Made by a program: the position numbers and the translations under genes. A DNA stretch of 64,000 nucleotides, from assembly GCF_039654945.1 (NCBI RefSeq), contig NW_027361863.1, positions 9,362,001-9,426,000 of the forward strand, read 5' to 3'. The notes under the pieces are model-generated. The model searched no databases, had not been told where the DNA came from, and was given only the letters and a program-made list of their open reading frames with translations. Below, in pieces: positions 13,096-25,024 of the stretch. The DNA comes from Dendrobates tinctorius (lineage: Eukaryota). Position 1 is the stretch's first letter. Each line of letters begins with the position of its first letter.

Positions 13096-13526
13096 GGCTA
13101 GTTTCACATTAGCGTTTACGGCCGCGTCGGGCTTCGCACGGCCGCAGCTAAGCCCTGCCCCCCTGCTGCGCCTCCGCCGGTAGCTCCGCCTACGGGCGCA
13201 CGACGCTGCATGCGTCGTGCGCCCCCTATCTTTAGCACTGGGGACGCAGGCCGTGCGCAGTATGCTTTGGCGGCGCGTGCGTCCTTTTGACAGTGCACCG
13301 AGCGCACCAAATTGCTACAGGTTGCGTTTGGCGCTGGTCGGCGCACCGTCAAAAGGACGCATGCGCCACCAAACGCTGGCCTGCGTCCCCAGTGCTAAAG
13401 ATAGGGGACGCAGGATGCATGCAGCGTCTTGCGCCCGTAGGCGAAGCTACCGGCGGAGGCGTGGGGCTTAGCAGCGGCCGTGCGCAGCCCGATGCTGCGG
13501 CCGTAAACGCTAATGTGAAACTAGCC
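13096..13526. mobile_element. Harbinger-type MITE, palindromic over almost its full length
   Basis: ggctagtttcacattagcgtttacggccgc / gcggccgtaaacgctaatgtgaaactagcc; TTA TSD. Confidence 0.9.
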
Positions 13527-13949
13527 TTACACAGCGTGTCCACATCAGACATTATCTTTCTGAATCCTGCTCATATAGGTACTGTTCACATGGTCAGGTT
13601 TTAAATACATTGGTTAGGACTGCTCTGAGATGTGTATACCTTGATGTTTGGTAGAGTGGCTTAGTATACATTTTTTTTTGCAAAAAACGTATCAACTAAA
13701 TACCCTGCTTTGTTATCTTTTTACTAGCACTTGCTGTTTATTGTTAGATATTTTTTTACAGGAGAGTATTTTTTCAAGTTTGTTGTACTGTGTTTCTCTG
13801 TTTCACTTGATTTTAAGAGCAGACAGAAATTTTTGACCGGAAACAGATGAGAAATGAGTACACCTGTCTACAACAGCAGAACATACTGTACTGAGATATG
13901 TGATCAGCAAGAACATAAAGGTATTCACTGGGAGGGAACAACTGTATAC

Positions 13950-14165
13950 CAGCCGTCCATAGAACTGACGGGTGAAGTAAAAGAACGACAATCAGGTGAC
14001 AATGGCCCGTGTCAGGGGTGGGACATAAGCATTTGAGGTGTTGGGGAAAACTGAGCAAGAGCAAAAGACTGAGTGACCGCGACAAGGGGCAAATTATTAT
14101 GTCTAGAAGACCGGGTCAACGAGTAACCAAAAGGGTAGATCTTGTGGGGTGTCCCCGTTATACGG
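13950..14165 (+). mobile_element. Decayed Tc1-like transposon 5' end (transposase N-terminal HTH)
   Basis: Translates K.LSDRDKGQIIMSRRPGQRVTKRVDLVGCPRY, matching the Tc1-type N-terminus ([32 protein letters not shown]). Confidence 0.8.
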
Positions 14166-17100
14166 CAGGTCTTGTGGGGTGTTCCCGGTATACGGCAGGT
14201 CTTGTAGGGTGTTCCCAGTATATGGCAGGTCTTGAACGGTATTCCCGGTATACGGCAGGTCTTGTGGGGTGTTCCCGGTATACGACAGGTCTTGTACGGT
14301 ATTCCCGGTATATGGCAGGTCTTGTGGGGTGTTCCCGGTATATGGCAGGTCTTGTACGGTATTCCCGGTATATGGCAGGTCTTGTGGGGTGTTCCCAGTA
14401 TATGGCAGGTCTTGTACGGTATTCCCGGTATATGGCAGGTCTTGTGGGGTGTTCCCGGTGTACGGCAGGTCTTGTGGGGTGTTCCCGGTGTACGGCAGGT
14501 CTTGTGGGGTGTTCCCGGTATACAACAGGTCATGTGGGGTGTTCCCTGTATACGGCAGGTCTTGTGGGGTGTTCCCAGTGTATGGCAGGTCTTGTGGGGT
14601 GTTCCCAGTACATGACAGGTCTTGTGGGGTGTTCCCGGTATACGACAGGTCTTGTGGGGTGTTCCCGGTATACGGCAGGTCTTGTAGGGTGTTCCCGGTA
14701 TACGGCAGGTCATGTGGGGTGTTCTCGGTGTACGGCAGGTCTTGTGGGGTGTTTCCGGATACGACAGGTCTTGTGGGGTGTTCCCTGTATACGGCAGGTC
14801 TTGTAGGGTGTTCCCTGTATACGGCAGGTCTTGTGGGGTGTTCCCGGTATATGGCAGGTCTTGTGGGGTGTTTCCGGATACGACAGGTCTTGTGAGGTGT
14901 TCCCTGTATACGGCAGGTCTTGTGGGGTGTTCCCGGTATCCGGCAGGTCTTGTGGGGGTGTTTCCGGTATACGGCAGGTCTTGTGGGGTGTTCCCGGTAT
15001 ATGGCAGGTCTTGTGGGGTGTTCCCTGTATACGGCAGGTCTTGTGGGGTGTTCCCTGTATACGGCAGGTCTTGTGGGGTGTTCCCTGTATACGGCAGGTC
15101 TCGTGGGGTGTTTCCTGTATATGGCAGGTCTCGTGGGGTGTTCCCGGTATATGGCAGGTCTTGTACGGTATTCCCGGTATATGGCAGGTCTTGTGGGGTG
15201 TTCCCAGTATATGGCAGGTCTTGTACGGTATTCCCGGTATATTGCAGGTCTTTTGGGGTGTTCCCGGTGTACGGCATGTCTTGTGGGGTGTTCCCGGTAT
15301 ACAACAGGTCATGTGGGGTGTTCCCTGTATACGGCAGGTCTTGTGGGGTGTTCCCAGTGTATGGCAGGTCTTGTGGGGTGTTCCCGGTATACGACAGGTC
15401 TTGTGGGGTGTTCCCGGTATACGACAGGTCTTGTGGGGTGTTCCCGGTATACGGCAGGTCATGTGGGGTGTTCCCGGTATACGACAGGTCTTGTGGGGTG
15501 TTCCCTGTATATGGCAGGTCTTGTGGGGTGTTTCCGGTATATAGCAGGTCTTGTGGGGTGTTCCCTGTATACGGCAGGTCTTGTGGTGTGTTTCCGGTAT
15601 ACGGCAGGTCTTGTGGGGTGTTCCCTGTATACGGCAGGTCTTGTGGGGTGTTCCCTGTATACTGCAGGTCTTGTGGGGTGTTCCCTGTATACGACAGGTC
15701 TTGTGGGGTGTTCCCGGTATACGACAGGTCTTGTGGGGTGTTCCCGGTATACGGCAGGTCATGTGGGGTGTTCCCTGTATACGGCAGATCTTGTGGGGTG
15801 CTCCCTGTATACGGCAGGTCTTGTGGGGTGTTTCCGGTATATGGCAAGTCTTGTGGGGTGTTCCCTGTATACGGCAGGTCTTGTGGGGTGTTTCCGGTAT
15901 ATGGCAAGTCTTGTGGGGTGTTCCCTGTATACGGCAGGTCTTGTGGGGTGTTCCCTGTATACGGCAGGTCTTGTGGGGTGTTCCCTGTATACGGCAGGTC
16001 TTGTGGGGTTTTTCTGGTATATGGCAGGTCTTGTGGGGTGTTTCCGGTATATGGCAGGTCTGGGGGGAGTTCCCGGTATATGGCGAGTCTTGTGGGGTGT
16101 TCCCTGTATAAGGCAGGTCTTGTGGGGTGCTTCCGGTATACGGCAGGTCTTGTGGGGTGTTTCCGGTATATGGCAGGTCTGGGAGGAATTCCCGGTATAT
16201 GGCGAGTCTTGTGGGGTGTTCCCTGTATACGGCAGGTCTTGTGGGGTGCTTCCGGTATACGGCAGGTCTTGTGGGGTGTTTCCGGTATATGGCAGGTCTG
16301 GGAGGAATTCCCGGTATATGGCGAGTCTTGTGGGGTGTTCCCTGTATACGGCAGGTCTTATGGGGTGTTCCCTGTATACGGCAGGTCTTGTGGGGTGTTC
16401 CCTGTATACGGCAGGTCTTGTGGGGTGTTTCCAGTATACGGCAGGTCTTGTGGGGTGTTTCCGGTATATGGCAGGTCTTCTGGGGTGTTTCCGGTATATG
16501 GCAGGTCTGGGGGGAGTTCCCGGTATATGGCGAGTCTTGTGGGGTGTTTCCGGTATACGGCAGGTCTTGTGGGGTGTTTCCGGTATACGGCAGGTCTTGT
16601 GGGGTGTTTCCGGTATATGGCAGGCCTTGTGGGGCGTTCCCTGTACATGGCAGGTCTTGTGGGATGTTTCCGGTATACGGCAGGTCTTGTGGGGTGTTCC
16701 CTGTATACGGCAGGCCTTGTGGGGTGTTTCCGGTATACGGCAGGTCTTGTGGGGTGTTTCCGGTATACGGCAGGTCTTGTGGGGTGTTTCCGGTATACGG
16801 CAGGTCTTGTGGGGTGTTCCCGGTATACGGCAGGCCTTGTGGGGTGTTTCCGGTATACGGCAGGCCTTGTGGGGTGTTTCCGGTATACGGCAGGTCTTGT
16901 GGGGTGTTTCCGGTATACGGCAGGTCTTGTGGGGTGTTCCCTGTATACGGCAGGCCTTGTGGGGTGTTTCCGGTATACGGCAGGCCTTGTGGGGTGTTTC
17001 CGGTATACGGCAGGTCTTGTGGGGTGTTTCCGGTATACGGCAGGTCTTGTGGGGTGTTTCCGGTATACGGCAGGTCTTGTGGGGTGTTTCCGGTATACGG

Positions 17101-17506
17101 CAGGTCTTGTGGGGTGTTTCCGGTATACGGCAGGTCTTGTGGGGTGTTCCCTGTATACGGCAGGCCTTGTGGGGTGTTTCCGGTATACGGCAGGCCTTGT
17201 GGGGTGTTTCCGGTATACGGCAGGTCTTGTGGGGTGTTTCCGGTATACGGCAGGTCTTGTGGGGTGTTCCCAGTATACGGCAGGTCTTGTGGGGTGTTTC
17301 CGGTATACGGCAGGTCTTGTGGGTTGTTCCCTGTATACGGCAGGTCTTGTGGGGTGTTTCCGGTATACGGCAGGCCTTGTGGGGTGTTTCCGGTATACGG
17401 CAGGCCTTGTGGGGTGTTTCCGGTATACGGCAGGTCTTGTGGGGTTTTCCCTGTATACGGCAGGTCTTGTGGGGTTTTCCCTGTATACGGCAGGTCTTGT
17501 GGGGTG
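14139..17506. repeat. 30-bp minisatellite, ~110 units (acggcaggtcttgtggggtgttcccggtat)
   Basis: Direct inspection; it produces the long repetitive ORFs ([20 protein letters not shown]). Confidence 0.98.
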
Positions 17507-17739
17507 GTACAGGAGATGTGTGGTAATGGACGTGTATACAGTGTACGGGGTTACTGCCGCCGTGTTACTCATATACCGGGATACACGGCATTCTCCATGC
17601 TTTGTACATCGCACACAGCGGCCAGTCACTGGCTTGGCTTCCTGAGCTCCGCAGTCCGACGCACACGTGTCTGCAGCAGCTCTCGCAGGTCGCGAGAATC
17701 CATCTCCGGTCTGAGGGACTCCATCTACACAGAGCCCGC

Positions 17740-17860
17740 ATGTCCCGCCCTCTATCGCGAGGATATTCAAATTGGCCAATCAGAAATGAGAGGAAGAAGA
17801 CGGTCAACCAATAGGGGAGTAAAGAGGCGTGGCCGACTGGGCGGCGGATGATTTGAAAAC
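17740..17860 (+). promoter_or_regulatory. arhgap19: ARHGAP19 TATA-less promoter: GC box, CCAAT boxes (17776, 17808), CDE (17843-17847) and CHR (17852-17857)
   Basis: CpG-rich; cccgccc; attggccaatca and ccaatag 32 bp apart; GGCGG-atga-TTTGAA just upstream of the ATG. Confidence 0.8.
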
Positions 17861-17863
17861 AAG

Positions 17864-17910
17864 ATGGCAGAAATGGAGGGTGCGGGTGACAGAGAGCCGG
17901 GAATAAGGCG
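17864..17910 (+). CDS. arhgap19: ARHGAP19 coding exon 1 (MAEMEGAGDREPGIR-R)
   Basis: Kozak-like aagATGg; donor CG|gtgagt in phase 2, which joins exon 2 in frame; length similar to the mammalian N-terminus preceding D-A-I-C. Confidence 0.8.
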
Positions 17911-18163
17911 GTGAGTACCGAGTTGGAGCATGGCTGCCTGCCGGGTATGAGATTTCCCGTCATGGAAAGCGTTACGCAGCCGGTTACTGGAGACGTGCAT
18001 AGCGAACTGTGACACTGAAGAAAAACGCCTATAGCAGCCAATTAGAGAGCAGCTTTCATTTTTCTATAGCAGAATCGGAAATTAAAGCTGCTTTCTGACT
18101 GGCTGCGACTGGAAATAAAGTGCAGCGTTTTTCCTTATGGCATTTTTGTATTAATCTCAGTGC

Positions 18164-19095
18164 TGTGGTGACATTTCGTCTTGTGTGGTGGTGTTGTGTC
18201 GTCCTGCGCGGTAATGTGGTGACATGTCGTCTTGTGTGGCGGTGTTGTCGTCCTGCGCGGTAATGTGGTGACATGTCGTCTTGTGTGGCGGTGTTGTCGT
18301 CCTGCGCGGTAATGTGGTGACATGTCGTCTTGTGTGGTGGTGTTGTGTCGTCCTGCGCGGTAATGTGGTGACATGTCGTCTTGTGTGGCGGTGTTGTGTC
18401 GTCCTGTGTGGTAATGTGGTGACATGTCGTCTTGTGTGGCGGTGTTGTAATGTGGTGGCATGTCGTCTTGTGTGGTAATGTGGTGGCATGTCGTCTTGTG
18501 TGGCGGTGTTGTGTCGTCCTGTGCGGTTATGTGGTGACATTTCGTCTTGTGTGGTGGTGTTGTGTCGTCCTGTGTGGTAATGTGGTGACATGTCGTCTTG
18601 TGTGGCGGTGTTGTGTGGTAATGTGGTGGCATGTCGTCTTGTGTGGCGGTGTTGTGTGGTAATGTGGTGGCATGTCGTCTTGTGTGGCGGTGTTGTGTCG
18701 TCCTGCGCGGTAATGTGGTGACGTGTCGTCCTGCACGGTAATGTGGTGACGTGTTGTCTTGTGTGGCGGTGTTGTGTCGTCCTGCGCGGTAATGTGGTGA
18801 CGTGTTGTCTTGTGTGGCGGTGTTGTGTCGTCCTGCGCGGTAATGTGGTGACATGTCGTCTTGTGTGGCGGTGTTGTGTCGTCCTGCGCGGTAATGTGGT
18901 GACATGTCGTCTTGTGTGGCGGTGTTGTGTCGTCCTGCGTGGTAATGTGGTGACATGTCGTCTTGTGTGGCGGTGTTGTGTCGTCCTGCGCGGTAATGTG
19001 GTGACGTGTCGTCTTGTGTGGTGGTGTTGTGTCGTCCTGCGTGGTAATGTGGTGACATGTCGTCCTGCATGATAATGTGATGATGCGTCGTCTTG
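18164..19095. repeat. ~51-bp GT-rich minisatellite at the start of intron 1
   Basis: Unit gtaatgtggtgacatgtcgtcttgtgtggcggtgttgtgtcgtcctgcgcg with internal deletion variants. Confidence 0.95.
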
Positions 19096-20289
19096 TCTAG
19101 CAGTGGTCACGTGACTGCGCCATTCATTGCCTCACAGGACAGCGGGGGTTCCCGGTCTGCATCATGTACCTGTTGTGCCGCAGGATATTACCATGGTTAG
19201 CGCATAAAGCTAATTTCAGATTTGCGTCTTTTTGCGCAGCGCATCGTTCGCAAGTAGAAATGCACATGCGTTTTTGCACGAGTTTGCATTTTTTTTATGC
19301 GCTTGCGTTTTAACCAGTTTCTAGCCATGTTTACTCTTAAAACGCCTGCGTTCCCATAGACTGTAATGTGGTGTTTTTGATGCATTCTGTGCGCAAGGGA
19401 ATGCATGGTTTTTTTTTTTTTTTTTTTTTTAACGCCTTTGGACGGTTTCAAATCCGCAGAAAGAATTGACATGTCACTTCTTTTCTGCGGATTCCGCTGT
19501 GGTTTGCCTTCTCCTCCATTGTGGAGGTGAGAAACCGCAGGGTTAAACCGCAGGTCTTTTGACCTGCGGATTGTGCAAAATCCGTGGGTGAATCCGCACC
19601 GTGTGCACGTAGCCTAAAATGTCCCCAGTTTGTAGCCTGGTCTGGTATCTGTTTATTTTCATGAATAAGGCTACTTTCACACACCAGGTTTTCGTCGTCA
19701 GGCGCGATCCGGCGTCGTGCCGGATCCGGCAAATGTTTAGTAAAACCTGATGTGCCGGATCCGGTTTTCTGCCGGATCCGTCTTGTTCTTGACAGACAAA
19801 ACCGGATCCGTCTCATCCGGTTCATCCGTTTTTCTATCCGTTTTTCGACGGATTACGCCGTATCTGGTTTTTAAAATTGAACCTTGTGGCCTTCCGAACG
19901 GGATTGGCTACTGGAAAACTATATATAGCATGTTCCTACAGCCCTTCTTTGACAGGTTGTAGAGGAGAAAGTGCAGGTTGGAGAGAAGAGCAAGTTACTG
20001 GCGAAGATGGATGTTGTCATTGGAAATATTACCACTAGAAGTTCTGTGACGGTTTCAGTAATGAGGGACAATTTTCCACTATACTTTGTCACCTCAAGGC
20101 AGAGTACACTGGCAGGATGACAGAGTGTGAAAGATTTGTGCCCTAAAACTTGTGTACCTTCTGGACCAACAGTATATACCTTTACCTTTTTTTTGTAAAC
20201 TGTTTTTAAAGTTAAAAAAACTTTTTTAATAAAGGTTTGAAACCAACAGGGCATTTTTATTACAAAACACATCATAAATCTGTGTAGTG

Positions 20290-22710
20290 TGGGGTGGAAA
20301 TACTGCTGGAGGGGATGCGGGACACTTCGACAATGGGAGTGTGGAGAGAGGACTGGGATCGTGATGGTGTGGAAAAAGCTACAGAATTTGGTGGACATGT
20401 GGGAGGCAGAAGAGGTGGTGGGCGGTGGAGTGGAGGGTTGGGCAGGGACTGTAGGAGCAGATGATGTTGATGGAAAGTTGTATGGGGAAGGAGTTTGGTA
20501 CGGGGCAGGTTGCTGGAAGTGGGGAGGTTGCTGGTACTGGGAAGGTTGCTGGTACTGGTGAGGTTGCTGGTATGTAATAGGAGGGGGAGGATGGAAAGTG
20601 GCTGGAGGGGGTGCAGATGTAATAGGAGGGGGAGGATGGAAAGTGGCTGGAGGGGGTGCAGGTGGAGGAACTACAGTGGTGGGAGGTGGAGGTTGGGAGG
20701 TAACCTGCTGTAGAGCACCGTGGCACGAATGCATTACATGCATCTGCTGGGTAGGAGATAGTGTTGCCATGCGCTCCACAACAGACCTGAAAAAGGTGTG
20801 GTTTGGCGAAGATCTTGCTTCTGAATGCATGGTTTGCAGAAGTGTCTTCACCTCCAGAATGCTGGAGTTGATCTGCTGAAAGCCTGCGGAGATTTGCTCT
20901 GACAAGACTTTTAGACAGTTCTGGAAAGATGCATTCAGATGCAAGAACTCTGGCGCATAACTCTTTTCCTGACCCCTCTGCCGCCCAGTACCCGCAGGTG
21001 TACTAGAGGTGGCAGGGGCAGAAGGGTGGGGTAAAGGGAAAGCGATCTCCTCACCAGCAGCTTCATGTAATGTAGGCGGCCACGATGCTCCTGTGTTGGT
21101 GGATGGGACAGATGGGTCGAATGTGTGGGAAGGCTGGGAAGGTGCCGATGTACCGGGACGGTCGAAGTGTCCCTCGGTGCCGGTCTCCTCAGGGATCGCC
21201 TCAGAAGGGTCCAATCGTGCAGGCTCCCGAGTGCTGCTCACCGTGCTGTGGAATAAAGAGAAAAAAAAACAATTAAAATACTGACATGGTATGGCCCTGG
21301 CTGAAAAAAAAAGTTACATTTTTTTAACATGTGGTGTGTAATATTTACCTTCTAGTGACCATTGTTTCCCGGAGGAACGACAGGGCTTGTGCGTACTTGT
21401 ACTTGCTCCTGCGTCCTCCAGATCCACTCGGGGCCCGCATCTCTTTATTGAACTCCTTCTTGAAACGATCCCTCACAGACCGCCACCAATTCACAATTCT
21501 GTTCCCTGAAACGAGAAAGGAGTGGTTAGTATACAACATCAGTGTTTCACAAACTCCAGTCCTCATGGTCCCCAGGGGTCATGTTTTCAGGATTTCCATA
21601 GTAAATTGAAATCCTGAACACATGATCCGTGGGGACCACGAGGACTGGAGTTCGGGAAACACTGGTTTACATCAAGCAACCGGTACTGTATATACTTACG
21701 CTCTTTAATCTGGGCCCGAACATCGAGGTCCTCCCAGCGGCCCACAAGGAGCGAACAGATTTCCTCCCAGAGTCGTTGGGTAACGATAAGGTCAGCATGG
21801 CGGCGGTCAGCCATATTCCAGAGCGGCTCCCTTTCTCTGACGAGATCGATGAGGTGGTCCACATCGAGTCCTCCGTCCTCACCGTCAGTCGGGAGCACGC
21901 TGTGAAGGCTGTTAAAGAAAAAGACAAAAATAACATAATTAGCCTCCACAAAAGAAATGAAATAAAAAGTGCAAAAAAAAAAGCAAAAATATTTATACTT
22001 ACACGCTGGTGACCGCCGCGTTGCTGTCGCCGACGACCCTGGGAGGCACTGCGAGGACCTCTTGGCCGAGCACCAGATTGGGAAGACTAGAGAAGAAAAC
22101 AAAAAATGTTATGTCTTTGGATGTAGGCATTTGTTTGCTGTGTGTGGTCTGCAGAACATTGTTTTCTATGTGTTGTGTGTAGTGTGATGTTGTGTTTCTG
22201 CGTTTGATGCAAAAAACTTACCAATTGTGAGCCCACTCCAAGTGTCTGTCCACCCCTTCCTTCTTCTTCTGGGAGCTCCTCTTCATCTTGTGAATCCTGT
22301 TTTGAAATAAAAGACAATGAATAGACATGTATTACAGAGATGATGGATTTTGGAAATAAAAACTTACCGTCAAACGCTGACGATGCGAGGGAGGGCTCCC
22401 AGAAGAAGATGTGCTGTCTTCCTGATGGCCAGACTCCATGGCTGTGGGTGGTGTTCCAGCTGCTGCCATTGCTGCTGCTGCTGCATCTATTGGGCGGCTG
22501 TTGAATAAAGAGAGACAAAGGGCCAATGAATATCTTGATATTCAATAGCCCTAGTTTGGAGGAATGGGGGATTTGATAATTACCGTCTCTCATCTGCTGC
22601 TGGCCTCCCCTCCTCAGCATGTTCCATTTGCTGCTCCATTTGGGGTGGTGGTGGTGCTGATGGTGCTGCAGTGGTCTCCTGCTGCGCTTGGTTGCTTTCT
22701 TGGGTGGCAT
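20290..22710 (-). pseudogene. Harbinger MADF (Myb/SANT-like) gene, ~7 exons, with apparent frameshifts
   Basis: LDVDHLIDLVREREPLWNMADRRH...LWEEIC (~21700-21905) and WRSVRDRFKKE...YKYAQALSFL (~21350-21505); GT-AG introns; Pro/Gln-rich last exon. Confidence 0.8.
21540..21664. mobile_element. Small hAT-like MITE in a MADF intron
   Basis: cagtgtttcacaaactccagtcctc / gaggactggagttcgggaaacactg. Confidence 0.7.
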
Positions 22711-23371
22711 GTTGGGTGTGGCTGTGGGTCCCACTGTCTTGCTTTTATATATGTCTTGTGGGCAGAGCTACTGAGCATGCTCAGACCAAAAAAAAACGGA
22801 TCCGGCCACCGGATCCGGCTTTCGCCGGATCAGGCGCATTGCGGCGCTCATAGGCTTTCATTGTGTGAAAAAGCCGGACGTGCCGGATCCGGCGTGTCCG
22901 GCTTTTTCGCCGGAGACAAAAAACGTTACAGTAGCCGTTTTTTCCAGACGCCTAATTGAGACACATTGCCGGATCCGGCGAAAACCGGATGAAACGCATG
23001 GCCATCCGGCCCGATCCGGCGCAAATGCAAGTCAATGGGGGGGAAACCGGATCCGGCATTGCATTTCGCCGGATCCGGTTTCTGTCAAAAGCGCCGGATC
23101 GCGCCTGATGGCGAAAACTTGATGTGTGAAAGAGGTCTTAGAAATCCTAAACCATCCGACATTTCTTTCCCATCTCAAAAAATGAATAGGAGTCAGAGCG
23201 GCCACTTAACTTTTTTTTTTTTTTTAAATAATCGTCTATGGGACATTTGAAATGGTTTGGATATGTGGCTATGATAACGGCACGTGTCCCCCTCCACTTT
23301 GTTTTAAACAAAACTGTTATACACCCTTCCCAGGTCCAGCATTCAGTTTCTGCCGCCGTTCTCTGTTTGGG

Positions 23372-25024
23372 TAAGTTCACACTGGGGGTGTGTGGGTTTT
23401 TTTTTTTTTTTTTTTTTTCAGCAAAACCTGATCTCTTGGCAGGAAAGAAGCTGCAGAAAAAAAAGCATGTTTTTCATGGCAATTTGATGCGTGTTTTATG
23501 ATGGTTTTACACTTGTCCATTGTGCATGCTTATAAAGTTTAGTATTGGAAAAAAAGTAGTCTTATTCCGAAGAATGAGGTGTTGGCACAAAAAAAAAAAA
23601 AAATGATGCCTGCATTTTTTCACCACCCATACAAGTCAACGGGTGAAAACACTTTAAGGAGTGACATGCTCTATTTGTGAAGTCTCGTAGACTTTCCTTG
23701 CACTGTAAAAACCAGATGAAAATTAGTATTAAAAAGCAGTAAAAACACCCAGTGTGAACTTAGGCTATGTGCCCACTTTGCAGAAATGCTGCGGAAAAGT
23801 CTGTAGCATTTCCGCAACTCCCTGCCGCGGGTAAAACGCATGCAGAATTCGCATGCGTTTTCCCCAAAAACACAAGCGTTTTTAGCTTGCAGAATGCTTG
23901 CGCTTTTCCAAGCAACTTGAAGCATCGCTTGGTAAAGTGATTGACAGGTTGGTCACACTCGTCAAACATAGTGCTTGACAAGTGTGACCAACTTTTTATT
24001 ATTTATTTATATAGCGCCATTAATTCCATGGTGCTGTACATGAGACGGGGGATTTAAATTTGCCATAGGCTAGAATGATACTGTACATCACCTGCAGTTC
24101 TGCTGCGGATCCGCAGCAGAATCCGCACCGTGTGCACATAGCCTAAGGACGCTGCAAGTGTTTTATTTCTGTTTTATCCTCTGCAAAAGGATCTAATCAT
24201 GGAAATAAATACCAGACATGTGAACACCGCCTCAGACACAGGAGGACCTCTGTAATTCAACGGGGGAGGTAAAGAATCGTAAAATCAATGTTGGCGGATG
24301 CAGAGTCATTCAGGTGGAGCAGATTTGTGCAGCTTTTATTTATTCTTAATTCTTCCACCCCGTCATTCTGTGAAGTCATGGCGGAATGACAGGGTTAGGC
24401 TGGTTTCACATTAGCGTTTTTTAGTGCAGCGCATCGTGCGCATACGTACCTATGTTTAACATGGTGTACGCATGGTCTTGCGTTTGTATGTGTTTTCGTA
24501 CGCATGCGTTTTTTCAAGGTGCGTGTCTAGAAACGCCAGACTTCACCACAGTCCAGTCAATGGAAAAAAAAGTCAGTCACCCCGTCGTCTGGGAAACTTG
24601 GCTGCAGTCATAGTGGTATAGGGAGACCCTGGACTGTGGTGAAGTATTTGTATATTTATTTTTGCCTTTGAGCCATCAGCTCTTTAGGGTATGTGCACAC
24701 GTTGCAGAAAATTTCTGCACAAAAACCTGAATCCCTTCCCAGAAACCGCACCTATTTTTCCGCGGCGGTTTTTGCGCTGTTTTGATGCGTTTTTTACCGC
24801 AGCGGTTTCTAAAAGCATGGGAGAAGCCTAAACCGCGGAAAAAAATGCAAAATTAATGTGCATGCTGCGGTTTTTACCGCGATGCGGTTTTTTTCGCGGT
24901 AAAAAAACGCATCAATGTGCACAAAGTGCAAAATGCATTGAAATGACTGCACCTTATTTTTAGCGGTTTTATAGTGAAAACCGCGGTAAAAACCGCTAAA
25001 AAAACGCTGTGTGTGAACACAGCC
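23372..25024. mobile_element. Cluster of Harbinger-type MITEs (e.g. 23763-24143, 24687-25024)
   Basis: ggctatgtgcccac...gtgtgcacatagcc and gggtatgtgcacac...gtgtgaacacagcc termini with TTA/TAA flanks. Confidence 0.7.

Larger units (their letters stand above)
12262..13805. repeat. Pair of ~230-bp diverged inverted repeats (12262-12494 / 13574-13805) enclosing two MITEs
   Basis: gaaacacagtacaacaaac...ctgaccatgtgaatagtacctata matches the reverse complement tataggtactgttcacatggtcagg...gtactgtgtttc. Confidence 0.75.
19669..23137. mobile_element. Non-autonomous Harbinger element carrying only a MADF gene
   Basis: TIR ggctactttcacacaccaggttttcgtcgtcaggcgcgatccggcg / cgccggatcgcgcctgatggcgaaaacttgatgtgtgaaagaggtc; TAA/TTA flanks; gccggatccgg subterminal repeats. 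Confidence 0.85.

Noticed and set aside
14139-17506. CRISPR-like array
   Set aside because: Units are head-to-tail with no unique spacers, and the context is eukaryotic.
17681-17697. BANP-type TCTCGCGAGA promoter motif
   Set aside because: Only a split or partial match (tctcgc-aggtc-gcgaga).
14009-17851. Long ORFs of 500-977 aa on both strands
   Set aside because: They are by-products of a stop-free 30-bp minisatellite; frames shift at single-base indels and there is no protein-like complexity.
18135-19110. His/Thr/Arg-rich ORFs of ~310 aa
   Set aside because: Translations of the 51-bp minisatellite.
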